The notes under the pieces are model-generated. The model was not told where the DNA came from, ran no database searches, and was given only the letters and a program-made list of their open reading frames with translations. A stretch of 32,000 nucleotides of DNA. It comes from Prevotella phage Lak-C1. Made by a program: the position numbers and the translations under genes. The DNA is taken from sequence record MK250029.1. One strand, written 5' to 3'. Shown one piece after another: positions 1 to 13,979 of this stretch; positions within the stretch are counted from its first letter, which is position 1, and each line of letters starts with the position of its first letter.

Positions 1-3000
1 TCAGTAATATTATCAAATAACATTGCAGAAGGAATATCATCTGTAATAACAGGTTTATTCATTACCATTTCTGATTTTTCATTAACAGATGTATTAGAAA
101 TAAATGGAATATTTGCAGTTGAACTATTATTAATATTCTATGTCATTTGCATATCAATAATACTTTCATTCTTTAATGGCTTACTCATTACCATCTTTGT
201 TTTATATTCATTTGCATTTAATTCTGTCATACTCATACCAGGATTATTATCAACAAATTCTGTATGTGTCATCTGCATATTAGGTATAGACGAATCCATA
301 TTTAATCTTGTCATATCCATATTAGATAATGAAGAATTTGATATTACTTCTGTCATTTTCATACTCGGATTTTCAGTAATCTAATCGATATTAGTCATTT
401 TCATATCAGATGTAGAAACATTCATATCAAGATGAATCATATCCATATTTGCAATAGATATATCATTATTAGGAGTTGTTAATATCATATCAGGTAATGA
501 TGTATCAGTTATAGGGTAAATAAAATCCATATCAGAAGTAGAAGTATTCATATCAAGATGTGTCATATCCATATTTGCTATAGATGAATCTTGTATTAAC
601 TGTAACATCTAACCATTAACAGTAGAATTATTAGATATAAGCTTAGTCATATCCATATTTGCTATAGATACATTCTAATTTAATATTGTCATATCCATAT
701 TTGGATTTGTCTATTGAGAATTTAACATAACCATATCAGTAGGATTTGTCTAATCTGTAATTTCTACATTATGCATTAATATAGATGGTTTAAATGTTTC
801 ATTTTCTGTTGGAATTAAACCTGGTTTTGGTTTTGAAAGATACATATCCATTGTTGTCATTTGATTATGTGCCTAAGGTCTTGCATCACCTTCTAATGGT
901 TGTAAATTATGATGTTCTTTACTAATAGTCTATGGATTATTTACTAATACCATTGATGAATTACTTACATCCTATAATACTGGTATAAATGTCATAGAAT
1001 TATGGTCTGAATTTATATTATTAGTAACTAAATTCATTGATGCATTACTTGTATCTATATATGTTGAATCATTACTCATATTCATATCGTTATGATCCGT
1101 ATTTAATTCAGGCTTTATATACTCCATTGAATTATGTTCTGTATTAATCTATGTTTCTACAAATGCCATTGAATTATGTTCTGTATTCATAACAGGTGAA
1201 ATATAATTCATATCATTATGATCTAAATTCATTTCTGGTTCTACATAATTCTAATAAGACTTACTAAGATTAAATTCTGGTTCCACATAATTATGATGTT
1301 CTTTCTGTAGATTCATTTCTGGTTCTACATAATTCTAATCAGCTTTATCAAGATTAAATTCTGGTTCCACATAACTATGATGATTTTTATGTAAATTCAT
1401 TTCTGGAGAAACATAATTCATATCATTATGAACTAAATTCATTTCTGGAGAAACATAATTCTAATCAGATTTATCAAGATTAAATTCTGGTTCTACATAA
1501 TTATGTTTATTTTTGTCTAAATTCATTTCAGGTGAAACATAATTCTAATCAGCTTTATCTAAATTCATATATGGTTTAATATAATCCATAATACTATGGT
1601 CTAAATTAAACTCAGGCTCAACATATGTTTGATGTGGTTTATTAAGATTAAACTCTGGTTTAATATAATTCTATTTAAATTTATCGAGATTAAATTCTGG
1701 TTTCACATAATTCATATCATTATGATCTAAATTCATTTCTGGTGAAATATAATTCATATCATTATGTTCTAAATTAAATTCTGGAGTTATATAATCATAT
1801 TCTGGTTTATCTAGATTTTCATCAAGCTCAGTATAATTCTATGATATTTTATCTAAGTTTTCATTCAGATGAATATAATTATGTTCAGGTTTTTCAAGAT
1901 TTTTCTAAATAGAAGGATCAATTAATCTAAAACTTGCATCACTTCCAATAATCTGAATTTTTGGTTCTAACTTAGTTACAGATGTATCTATAATACCTGG
2001 ATCTATTATATTATAATATGCATTACTTCCTACAACATAAGTATTTCTTAACATATGTAATAACATTACCTTTATACGATTTTTCATCTATTGCTAAGCT
2101 TTAACAACATCTGGACCGTATAAAAGTTGCTCATGATCATATATATAAGACCATTCATATGGTCTCTATAAATCATTATAGAACTAATCTCTGTCAGGAT
2201 TTCTAGAATCACGAACTAATACAGGTCTTGAATGAATAACTTTTTTAAGATATTTTTTCAAATCCTTCCATGAACTTATAGTATAAAGATTATCTCTTAC
2301 ATTTGCTTCATGCCAACTATTATCTGGTAATTGTGGACCATATACATCTGCAGTTCCATATAATTTGTCATAATCTGCATTATCACCAACTTTATGTGTA
2401 ATTTCTTTATCAAAATACGCAGTATATTCAGATGGCATCATAAACATACGTCTCATCCACCTTGTTCTGAAATTCGCATGATTATCTGCGTTAGTTGATG
2501 TATAGTCATTTCTTTCTGATATAGACTAAAAATCAGAAATCCAGTTAACTGTATTTTTTACATTCGCATTCTATTTACTATCAGTCTAATTAGGATCTAA
2601 TGCATCTATCTTTTTCATTAAGCCGTTAGAATAGAATGTTTTTACATTTTTTACAGAAATTGTTATTTTTGTTTCGGCATCCTTATGTTCATCATATGCA
2701 GTAGCATATTCATTATCCCATATTGATTCAATATCAATTTCACATGGACCGCATTCTAACGCATATATAGGAAAATCGTTTTGCTCTACACTATATACAG
2801 CAGTTGCATTTCCTGTTGATTTATCCCATTTATAACCAGTCTATAAAATACGTCTATCAAATACATAGATAATCATTTTGAAATATCTATATATATCTGG
2901 TAATATCCATCTTTGCCAAACATCATCATATGCAGCTTTTCTATACATTTCCAATAATGTACGAATTTTCAAATCAATCCCTTCATAACATTCTAATGTA

Positions 3001-3638
3001 ATCTTCGCATCCTTAAGTCGTACTCCTTTTCCCGGTTCAAATGATGTCAACTTTTCTAATCCAGTAATTTTTTTGAACAGATAAGGCATACTTCTCTATA
3101 TTTCATAAAGGCCTTGAACAAAGGTTTTAATATAAGATGCGCGCGCATCTTCATTTCTGTTCATCAGATAATTATATGTATTATAATGTTCCTAATTACT
3201 CCAATTTTCCGTATTATCAAATTCTAAAAAATTTAAATCAAGTAAACCCATTGGAAATTGATCATAATCTTCATAATATATGTTATTATAAAGACTTGTT
3301 TTCTATTGGTTCTTTATTGTTTCTGTATCAAGAACTGAACACCCCCAATCACCAAATTCAACTTTAAACATAAGTCGAGTAGGATCTTCAAAACCTGATC
3401 TGAATACTTCAGAAGGCATATCAGCACCATATTCATTTCCCATATGAAATCGTTCCATGATTTCATTCTGTTCCATAAATCGTCCAGATGATAAAATCCA
3501 CGATTCACTGTCAGTTACTTTCTACTCTAATTCATTTGTTTTAGTATCTCCAGTAAGTAATGAATTAAATCCTTTTAAAAAATTGTATGCAGAATTTGTC
3601 TTTTTATTTAAGCCTTTTAATGTACTAAAAATACCCAT
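1..3638 (-). CDS. Large virion-type structural protein (partial, runs off the left edge) with a long 14-residue tandem-repeat C-terminal part
   Basis: ATG at 3636-3638 (MGIFSTLKGLNKKTNSAYNFLKGFNSLL...). Track ORFs 2841-3089, 2184-2456, 1905-2087, 381-608 and 138-362 share one frame (end coordinate = 2 mod 3) and are separated by TAG. Reading TAG=Q joins them. The virion role is inferred from size, neighbours and sequence character. Confidence 0.8.
1083..1880 (-). repeat. Coding tandem repeat: 19 consecutive 42-nt / 14-aa units, consensus NYVEPEFNLDKxxQ / NYVSPEMNLDHNDM
   Basis: Direct translation with TAG=Q. The units run from NYIHLNENLDKISQ to EYIKPELNTDHNDM, and 798 nt = 19 x 42 exactly. 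Several units end in a TAG-encoded Q. Confidence 0.9.
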
Positions 3639-3654
3639 AATTTAATTAATCATT

Positions 3655-5205
3655 TTATTTTACTGGTGTAATGAATGGTGTTTTATTAGGATTATTCGGT
3701 GTATCTACCAATATCAATTTACTTTCATTCCGTGTTACTGGTGAATACATATCTAATTTATAATTATCTCCTATTTCATATTCATTTTCATATAATCTGA
3801 TATTACACATCTATATATTACATCCCATATCTTCTATACTAAATTCATGTACAGAAAAATCAGATATATTCCAAGCAATATTTGTATCTGTTTTAACAAC
3901 ATCTCCTATTACGCGATCACCAACTTCCTTCGGTGTACTTATTAATATTCTAGTATTATCAGGTGATATATCTAACATAATATAAGACCATATATCAAAT
4001 TCAAAATTAATAGGTATATGTTTAGATTTATTACCTACCTATATCTATAATTCATTCTATCTTATAAGAACGTCAAATGTTATTTTACTATTTTCATCAT
4101 AACCTCTGATTAATTTATAAATATTAGTTTTATAAATTTTCAAAAATTGTGAATTTTCATACCATTTTGTTAATTTCTTATTTGCTTTTGCCATATCAGA
4201 ATTTTTAATGGCAATACCCAATGATTCAACACATTCATCAAGTTCAACAACAACTGCATTAACTTTTATTAATGTTCCTCTTGTTATTGTTACATTATCT
4301 CCTAATTCTAATTTTATTGAAGTGGAAACTCTAAAATACCAATTATCAGAATCTTTAGAATAATATACCAATTTTATTACTTTACTATCTTGAATATAAC
4401 TATTGAGAAAACACCAGCATGAATATATAAGATGATTTCTTGATGATGATATTTCATATAATAATTCATCATTATATGTAATATTTTTTGATGCAATAGA
4501 AAAATCATAATACGCATTTGATATAAGATTTCCATTTGAACCAAATATCTAATTTGATACTATAGAATCTATGTCATAATCCTTCTGAGGATCTACATAA
4601 GTTGTATTATTATATGATGTTTCTACTGGTGCATCTACATCTGCTACTTCTTCTGATATAGTATCTCCAAATAATTCTTCTTGTGATGTTGTAAGTTCTT
4701 CTACAGAATCTCTAAATTCCTATGTTTCTTTTCTAGATGCAGTTGGACTATATTTTGATAAAATAACTTTATAATATGTAGGTAATGCAGCTATTGTATA
4801 AATTAATTCAGAAGACTACACTTCAAATAATTTATGATAAATCTATACATATACAATATCTCCTTTCTATGGCATAGTATTATTTCCAAACATATTTTGC
4901 CATTCCTATATAGTTATATTAATTTCAAGTGGCTAAACATAATTAAGACCATATAAATCAATAGTATATTCACCTGGATTATAGTCTGGGTTTGAAACAA
5001 TAACTTTAACAATTTTAGGGCATTCGAGACCTACCTATGTTAATGTATATTCCTATAAAACAACATCTTCAGAATTGATGACAGGTGTTGCACGCGCCCA
5101 TAAGCAGTCTGTTCCAACAGTCTCTGTCGCAGACTGTTGGATTTCTTTTATTGTTTCATACGCGGATTTTATAATTTCATTAATATCAATTCCTAAACCT
5201 GTCAT
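3655..5205 (-). CDS. Putative virion protein, about 516 aa (possibly neck or baseplate related)
   Basis: ATG at 5203-5205 (MTGLGIDINEIIKSAYETIKEIQQ...). Reads through TAG to TAA at 3655 (...NPNKTPFITPVK). Includes track ORF 4057-4371, whose start is an internal TTG. The GDIVYVQIYHKLFEVQ segment resembles neck/connector proteins, weakly. Confidence 0.7.
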
Positions 5206-5207
5206 AA

Positions 5208-6917
5208 TTAATTATTTAATGTTTCATTTATTTTTTGTTCCATTGAAGATAATTCATTACATAATTCTTTAATATTACGTATACGTATCTTTATTTGATT
5301 ACTATCTTCCTGACATTTTTTTAATTTCTATTCTTTCGCCCATGTTGACATATATGTGTCTTCCTTATTATTCGCATATGTATCTTTAAATGATGATATA
5401 GCAATCTATATATTACCATATTGTTGTAACATATTATTTAACAATTTACTATATACACCATATAACATCATAAGTGATTTAAATTTTATAACGTCATTCC
5501 TATATATATTTTTAATTTCATTACATAATACTTTACCTGTTTGTGTAAATGCCTATAACTATGGTAATATTTCCTTTAATTCTTTATTAAAATTAGAAAT
5601 GCCTATTTTTGATCTATTCTATGCAATTAATTTTTTATATCTCAAAATATTAGCTCTTGCTATTTTATTGCAATAATCATCTGTTCCATATAATTTCTCA
5701 TAATCATATGATTCTAATTTTCTACCAAACGCAAAGAGTTCTGATGATTTTCCACCAGCATATGGATGATATTTTCCTAAAATATCTTTAGTCCATTTAT
5801 ATATCTTTCGTTGCTATTCTTCAAAATCTAATTTTCTCTGATGTGTTTTTTCTGTATCCAATTTAAACTCATTGTATCCTTTTAAATTAGAATCATCCAT
5901 TTTTCGTTTACCATTATCTTTAGTCGATATAACATTTCCATCATAATCTTTATGTCCACTTTCTGGTATATAAACAATGAAATAATCATCATTTGAATTT
6001 CCCCAACCTGTAAATTTATTTAACTTACTTGATTTTGAATATGGATTCGCACCGACTTTCTATAATTTCTTTTTAATGCCATTATATGTACTTATATATT
6101 TTGATAAATCTAAAAAATTCTTCACAAAACCTATTCCACATAATTCTCGTTTATCACCACCACGAGATAAACGAGCAACAGTAGGATATGTTAATACAGT
6201 TCCGTCTTTTAATGCCTATGTTAAATTATTAACAATAAGATTATCTTTCCTGCATGCGTCTTCAATAATTTCCGGTGTTAATTTATGTGTTTGAAAACTT
6301 TGCCAAACACGTCCATCTTCAAATGTTATATTTTCATTATCTATAGCAAATAATACCATTCTACCATATACAGAAACAACAAGAATTTTACCTTCTGAAT
6401 TAAACCAAAATATTGCATATTCATTAATGTATTGTTTTAGATCCTTATTTTTCTTTAAATCCGATACGGTATACTTTTTAAAGTTTTCATCTGTTAAATT
6501 AAATAAATCCAATTTATTCATAGGGAAAGTTCCATCAGCATTACTTAATATTACAGAAGATAATACCTATGGATCTGGTTTAATAAACAATTTTGATGTA
6601 TAATCTTTGTATAATTCTAATGTTTGCATATATTTGTTATGTAATGCTTTCTTCTATTCATCTGTTTTTATAGATTCATGTTGATAACTATACGAATCAT
6701 ATGCTTCAGTTGAATATACAGGAAATGTATTAGAAATAATATCATTTAATATTTCAAATTGATCTAATGCTTTTTTATACATTGTTCCAGGATATGGTTG
6801 TTTATAATATGTAAACATCTTTCCTTTATCATTAAGAATATCATGAATAACTGTGTCTGACTATAAACGTTCAGTTAAATATTTTTCAGTAATATATTTT
6901 TTTAAACTAAATTGCAT
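5208..6917 (-). CDS. Hypothetical phage protein, about 569 aa
   Basis: ATG at 6915-6917 (MQFSLKKYITEKYLTERLQ...). Same frame as track ORF 6216-6521. Ends ...EQKINETLNN with TAA at 5208. Needs TAG=Q. Confidence 0.75.
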
Positions 6918-7007
6918 AATGATAGATTTATTCTATTTTTATTATTTATTTGATAATATAGTATATGTTGAAATAAATAATAAAACCAATATTTTATTAT
7001 TTACAAA
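6918..7007. promoter_or_regulatory. Divergent intergenic region, likely carrying outward promoters for both virion modules
   Basis: About 90 bp of very AT-rich sequence between divergently transcribed genes. No specific promoter motif was assigned. Confidence 0.4.
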
Positions 7008-9596
7008 ATGGGACTTAATATTAATAGTATAGGAGAACAATTCAAAAACGGTTTTATAGATAAATTTAATAAAGATATATCAAATGAGGATTTAGATAGA
7101 GTTATTTCACAAATGACAACATTGGTTAATTCATCTATGTACTCATAGGAAAACAGTCCATTATATGGTACATTTAAAGCCGCAATAGATTCATCTAAAT
7201 CATTAGATAGTTTTGAACCTGGTGGCTCAATAAATGATGAAATAACAGAATATCGTGCATGGGATCCAAGACTTGCACGTGTTGATGGTTTTGTGTCTCG
7301 CAGTTCAACAAGTGATGATCATCCTACTGTTGTTCCATTCGCTTCTGAAACAGCAGCAGGCGCATTTTATGATTTAGTATTTACTGTAGAAAAAGCAGTA
7401 GGTGATAAAATAACAGGATCTACAACGCATAAAGAAAAAACAAAAGAAACCGATAAAAATGGACAACAACAAACATCGTCATCAGAAAAATATTATACTG
7501 TAACAAAAGATGGAGAAACAATACCAGATGTTAAGTTATCAACTAAAAACTTTTATATATCTAATAGTTCTAATGGACAAAAACTAAGAGATACTATATT
7601 AAATGATGGTAATTCATATGGTGTTGCTTCTATTGTTAACCCATATACATTAACTAAATTATGTGGAGGACTTGTAAAAGTAAAATCAAACAGTACAGAA
7701 AAAAACAGTGATGACATATAGGTAGAAAACCATATGTATGATATACGAAATTCACGTAGATTTTATGGAGATATAATGGAAAATGGTGGAGATGTTTTAA
7801 CAGTATCAAATCCTACAACTACTAATATTATTACATGGAGTAATAAAGATAAATGGGGAAGAACGCCTTATTATTTTTAGGATTTTGTATTTTGTAAATA
7901 TTGGAATGTTATACCAAATAACAGGTTAATTACATTAAGAAAGTATCATGCACCTGTATATGATAACCTTCAATTTTCTAATATGTTTGATGGAACAACC
8001 GCAACACCATTTGCACCTATTGCTACTGTTATAACTTATTTTGGTGATGATACTGGTAATACATTATCTTCTTTATTTGGATTTACTGCAGGTACTAAAT
8101 GGAAAGAAATAACATCTGATGTATATGATGTACAAGGAGAAAGTGGTTCAGATCCTCATGCACTTATTGATGAAATGTTTACTGGAGGTGGAGGATTTCC
8201 TACAGGTGAATCGAATGTTATGAAAAATATTATTGGTGGTACTAATTTATTAACAGGAAAAATGTTTTCATTAGGTAAATTTGTTGGATTATTAAGTCCA
8301 GGTGGTTATAATATGAGTAAGGATCAGAAAACATTTGATATATTAACAAAAGCAAATGTAGATCCATCTGAAGAACTTTATAGTAACAAAATAAAAGGAC
8401 CTGTTAATAGAATTAATACAACAAAAGCAAGAGATGCAGGAATTACCTTTGATTAGAAATTCAGTTTAACATGTCAATATATAGCAAGACCTATCGGTGG
8501 TGTTAATACAAAAGCAGCAATGCTTGATATTTTATCAAACTGTATGGAAATGGCATCAGCTGATGCTGTATTCTGGGGTGGTGGATATAGGTTTAATATA
8601 CATCCACAAATGTATCCATTTAAAAATACTGCATTTAAAAATAGAATTATGGATGATTTATATGCAGGTAGAATATTCGGTAAAGATGGTGCATTATCTC
8701 ATACTGTTGAAGGTATAAAAAGTTTTGGAACAGATTCAACTGGTTCATTTTCATGGAGTGAAATAGGTAAACATTTAAGTGAATATCTTGGTGAAACATT
8801 GGGTGCGTTAGGCGAAATGTTCAACACATTACAAAACATGGTATTCGGTACAAATGGTAGTTCTATTGGCGATTGGTTAAAAGGAAAAGGTAATGATGTT
8901 GGTGATGGTGATTCTGGAGATAAAGGTGCCAAAAAATTAAATTCACTTGGTTAGAATCTTAATATGATGTGGAGATCTAAAGTTATACAAGCATCAACAA
9001 TGCCATCTATAACTGGTATGCGTGCATTATTAACTGGTGAACCTGTCGGTAACTGGCATTTAACAGTTGGAAACCCTTTAAATCCTATTATGGTAATAGG
9101 TAATCTCATATGTACTGATATGAAAGTTGAAGTAGGAGAAGAATTAGGACCAGATGATTTCCCAACAGAATTAAAAGTAGTTTATACATTAGAGCATGGT
9201 ATGCCTCGTGATAAATCAGGAATTCAATCTATGTTTAATAGAGGTAGCGGACGTATATATCAGTTACCCGACTGGATAAGAGCATCATCTGATTATGAGT
9301 CAAAAGTTGATAATTTTACTGGAGGAAGTAATTTTTATCAGCCAAAATATATGAGTGCATCAAAAATGATGGCAATCGGAGGTGCTCATGGTTATTAGAC
9401 ATATAAAATAGATAAAGGAAAAAATCCTGCAATGGATGAACATACATCTAATACAGTAATAGCCAAATTTACTCCACCTGACGTAGATGCAGCTATTAGC
9501 AATATTGTTGATAAATCATCTTCATTTTTTGGTTCTAATAATTCATCAAGAGCATGGATTAGAGGTACAGCAGCAACTAGAAAACTTATGAATTAA
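7008..9596 (+). CDS. Virion structural protein, about 862 aa
   Basis: ATG at 7008 (MGLNINSIGEQFKNGF...) to TAA at 9594-9596. Joins track ORFs 7293, 7983 and 8964, plus the 8520 ORF, through TAG=Q. Contains NWHLTVGNPLNPIMVIGNLICTDMKVEVGEELGPDDFPTELKVVYTLEHGMPRDKSGIQSMFNRGSGRIYQLP. Confidence 0.8.
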
Positions 9597-9601
9597 TTAA
9601 A

Positions 9602-10336
9602 ATGTTTACTTATACAATAGATAAAAAACCGACAATTATAGATTCAAAAGGAAATACAATAGTTAATTTTATTACACCATTATTTACAAAAAATTCAACA
9701 GGTGTTAAAGACTATTAGATAATGCGAATAAATGCAGATAAGTATTAGATGAGACCTGATCTTATATCGATGGCAATGTATGGTGATATTGATGAAGCTG
9801 AATATATTTTAAAGTTTTCAGGTATTTCAAATCCATTTTCATTAGATAAAGATGATGTATTAAAAATACCGAATGATTAGGAAGTATATGGTATGATGGA
9901 AGTTAATACACCAAGTGATGATAATGAAGATGCAATTGATAATGAAGCAGAAATCAGACATAGTTTTAAATATTATGATCCTACATTAAATCCTTATAAT
10001 AAAGATGGATAGTCTTATAGAGATCTTGAAAATAAGAAAATACCTTCGGGTATTATAGATAAAGGTAAGATTGTTAATAAAACTGGTAATATAATGGTAC
10101 CATATATTTCAGAAGATGGAAGAACTGCTGTTACTATCAGAAATGGTAAAGTATATTTTGGAGAAGATAGTGGTTTAAATATTGCATCATCTGAAAAAAT
10201 ATCATAGGTTGCAAATATTACATCAACTATATAGAACGCTATAAATAATACAATGACAAAATTATCAGATTCGAATTGTTTATATAACGGTTCGAACTTA
10301 GCAGATTTTGTAAGAACAAATTTTAATAATAACTGA
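9602..10336 (+). CDS. Putative baseplate wedge protein (T4 gp53-like), 244 aa
   Basis: ATG at 9602, TGA at 10334. The segment YQMRPDLISMAMYGDIDEAEYILKFSGISNPFSLDKDDVLKIPN has the arrangement typical of gp53/LysM-like baseplate proteins. Several in-frame TAG. Confidence 0.6.
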
Positions 10337-10343
10337 TTGAAAT

Positions 10344-13300
10344 ATGAATACAAAATATCCTATAAATGGTAGAGTTGCTACATTAAATGACTTAGTACAT
10401 GAATATGGTGCTTCTTCCATATGGCCTAAAAATACTGTTTATTCATTTATCGATACATCAAAAAATATTGTGTCTTAGCCTTTTTAGAATTTGGTATTTA
10501 AAGACACGTTAGATGCTAATAATAAATTTATTGGAGAAAGACCATATGAAATTGTTTATTTCGATAACGTATATTCAACTACAGAAAGAGATAATACAGG
10601 TAAACAAATGAAAATTATACAGCAAAGTGATTCTGTTGTATTTAGTGATTTATATCCTGGCGGAATATCTGGTCATGAATATATAAAAGCCGGTGATGTT
10701 GCAAATCCAGGAAATATAATAAGAGGTAAATATGGTTTTAAATTTATAGTCGCAAGTTAGAATGACAAAAAACAATATTATTATAATTATAGAACATCTA
10801 CAGGTGAAGCTACTGTTATGTATGCATTAAGAAATATAATTAGAATATTAAAAGAATATATTTCAAATAATAATACTGATGGTACTCTTGAAAAATCTTT
10901 AATACAAAAACTAAAACAATTATTTATTCCAAAAAAAGACAAAAATAGTAATAATGAAGAATATCCTGAAATTAATAATATTATAGATAAAGATAATAAT
11001 GAGTTAAAGAGTAATGCATATAAGTATTTAGGTGATTTTATATGGACATATAAAAATATAAACATTAAAAATTATACAAGAACAGAATAGTCTATTTTAA
11101 ATATTGCGGAAAATAAAGGTTATTTAACGTTAAATAATAATAGTGTAAATAGTATTAATACATTATTAAAAAATTGGTTAGGTGACAATAAAGATGATAA
11201 TTATTCGTATAATCAAAAATCTTTTTATAATCAGCTTAAATATTATTTAAATATTTTTGCGAATTCATAGAGATTTTTTGTAAGTTATGTTACTGGATTT
11301 AGATTTGGAAAGATTTCAAATAAATCATATTTACAGATTGAACCTGTATTAAGATGTGATTTAGGAGTATTACGTATATATAAATCTCTTATTATTATAT
11401 CAGCTGTACATGATTGGCAAACAGCATTACCTGCAGGTAAAATATTATATGATACATCGATTAATATTATATTACAATATAAGGTAAAATATAAAAATTT
11501 ACAAACATATAGTTCACCTATTACTACAACAATCGGACCTATATCATTTAATGATATTAAAAAATATAGAGAACCAACGAGTAAGAAAAAAATAGAAGAT
11601 AATAAAGAAGAGATAGAAAATGATATTTGGTATACTTTAAAAACATATGTAGGTGAAAAAGGTAATGGAGCACCAGCAATTCCATATGGTGAAAAATATA
11701 GTGAAGATGTTAAATATTACAATAAAACATATAAGTATGGTACGACATATTTCCCTGCATTACCATCTGATGAATTTAATAATATTGATACTTCTATTAG
11801 TAACAGCTGGTATTCATTATAGGATCTACAATGGCCTTCAAAAGAAATTTTACAGTTACCATCAATAGATGATGTAAGTAATTCTAGAGGAAACCCTAAA
11901 TTTATTAGTCCTGTATCAAATTTAAAAAATTATGAAGATACAAATAATAATAACATATTTGTTGGAGATGCAGAAGATGTTATTGGAAATAAAGGTATTG
12001 CACCATTTGGTATTTTACGTATACACAGTTCTCTTGATCTATCAGATGAAAATATAAAAGTATCTTCTTATTATATTGATACGTCAATATATAGATGTAA
12101 AAATTATTATTATATTACAAAAGATAATCAAAGTAGTGAAAATGCTACTGTTACATGTTATTTTACTCCAAAATATAAAAGTTATTCTCCATATATAGAA
12201 ATACCTATATTTAGGTCAAATGAAATTATACAACCAATATCTCTACAGGATGAATTTTCTAATATATTAAATGCTGGAAATTATTATTCTATACCAAGTA
12301 ATTTAAATACATTATATTTTACAGTACAATCTGGTACTGCAAAAACAATAACATATGCATCTGGCGTTACAAAAAAGTTGGATAATAATGATGCAAAATA
12401 TATTACTAATAATACATTTGAATTTTACTATCAAGATCAAGATTCAGCTGATAAAGATTCATGGATTAAATATACTGGTTCAGACATTACAGTTACTATG
12501 GCACAAGGTAATAATATAGTAAATCATTATGAAATATCATTTTATTTTTCAAAAATAGAAAGTAACTACTGGCGCATTAAATTATCAGACATTAATCAAA
12601 ATTTTTACTTTAGAATTAATAAGATAAAGGAGGAAGAAACTAAAACTAAACTGTCTATATATAATTTATCTGTAACAGATAATATGGATGGTACTACAGA
12701 ATATAAATTAGGTATTTATCCAGGAAAACCAAATGATTTATCATTAAAATATGCAATATTTATTGATCCATCAGATGACAAATTTTTAACTAAATAGAAT
12801 GCATTATCTATATTTGATAGTACGTTTAATAATCAATCTTATGATGTATATACTATTGATACAGATAACAAAAAATCTTTATACATATAGTTAATATCAA
12901 TAAAAACTAGTGAACAATATATCTCAAATTCTACAAAGAATTTTAATAATATTAAATTATATGTTGCATATCCAGACTCGAATAATAAGTATAAGTTTTC
13001 TAATACAACTATATTTTATGGAGAATATCAAGATTCACGAGTAAAGATTGAAAATTATATAAATAAACCTAACATATATCTTTCATTTGAACCAATATAT
13101 ATAATAAAAACTGGAAAAATAACTGCAAGTAACGATGATAATGTTATTGATGACTATAAGCATTTTTTTGATCCTAAAAATTTTAAATTAAAATAGATAA
13201 CATTAAATCATTCAGGGAACATAAATACAGTAAAAAGTGATGGTACTTTTATTAATAGTATATATTCAGAAATCGTATATATAGACTCCGATTCTATATA

Positions 13301-13880
13301 TATTGGTACAAAAAAGTTATCAGATATTATATTTAGTGATAACAATGATATTAATAATTATTTATTTGAATTTTTAATTATATTTAACAATATTACTAAG
13401 AATGAAACGAATTAGATAACAATTAGCAATAATACTGATAATTTTAATAGAGATAATTTTAATAAATTACTTAAAGATAAAGCTTTTGCAGGAAATAACG
13501 AATATTATGTTAGTATATAGTTAAAAATGTTTAGATGTTTCTCTAGTTATTATACTGTTTCTGTTGACAATACAATCGATACATCGGTTTCATTTAATAT
13601 TACAATTAATGATTTACCTCCAGAATATCATGGTAATGATATAACTAAAGATAATACATATGATTTACCAAAGAGTGTGCCGTCTGGAACAAAAATAACA
13701 GTTAACCATAAATTTAATTAGGAAATTAATCCAGAGCTAGTACAAATTATATTAAAAAATACAAAAAATAATGAAATAGCAAACTATAGTTATAATGATA
13801 CTATTACAATATATGTAAATTATAATATTACAATCTCAGTTACAATATCTACACCAGATACATCTAACAATAATCCTTAA
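10344..13880 (+). CDS. Large virion/tail-associated protein, about 1178 aa
   Basis: ATG at 10344 (MNTKYPINGRVATLNDLVHEYGASSIWPKNTVYSF...) to TAA at 13878. Track ORFs 10491, 10818, 12378 and 13527 are all in this frame. Multiple internal TAG. Confidence 0.78.
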
Positions 13881-13884
13881 AAAT

Positions 13885-13921
13885 AAAAAATCCAAACAAC
13901 ATCAAATTGTTTGGATTTTTT
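13885..13921. terminator. Bidirectional intrinsic terminator between convergent modules
   Basis: Perfect 15-bp inverted repeat AAAAAATCCAAACAA / TTGTTTGGATTTTTT around a 7-nt loop, with A and T runs on either side. Confidence 0.9.
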
Positions 13922-13979
13922 ATTTTATAAAATAATTTATAAAGTTAACAGTGGGAATATTCATTTTATTAAAAACATT

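Noticed and set aside
1083-1880. Possible CRISPR array because of regular repeats
   Set aside because: Units are contiguous 42-nt coding repeats with diverging third positions and no unique spacers. They translate cleanly in one frame.
138-3089. Row of short same-frame ORFs suggesting a decayed pseudogene
   Set aside because: The breaks are all TAG, with no frameshift or TAA/TGA found where I checked. The repeat period is kept across them, so recoding explains them better than decay.
3137-3645. Track ORFs 3137-3367 (+), 3314-3508 (-), 3457-3645 (+)
   Set aside because: Covered by the long frame of the 1-3638 minus gene, which gives a more plausible protein.
5075-6294. Plus-strand track ORFs at 5075, 5356 and 6076
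   Set aside because: They lie opposite two long minus-strand genes that are continuous with TAG=Q. Low-complexity hydrophobic translations are a typical antisense artefact in AT-rich DNA.
8497-11868. Track ORFs 8497-8718 (+), 8699-8932 (-), 10015-10353 (-), 10787-11065 (-), 11653-11868 (+)
   Set aside because: All overlap long plus-strand genes in other frames and have no recognisable features.
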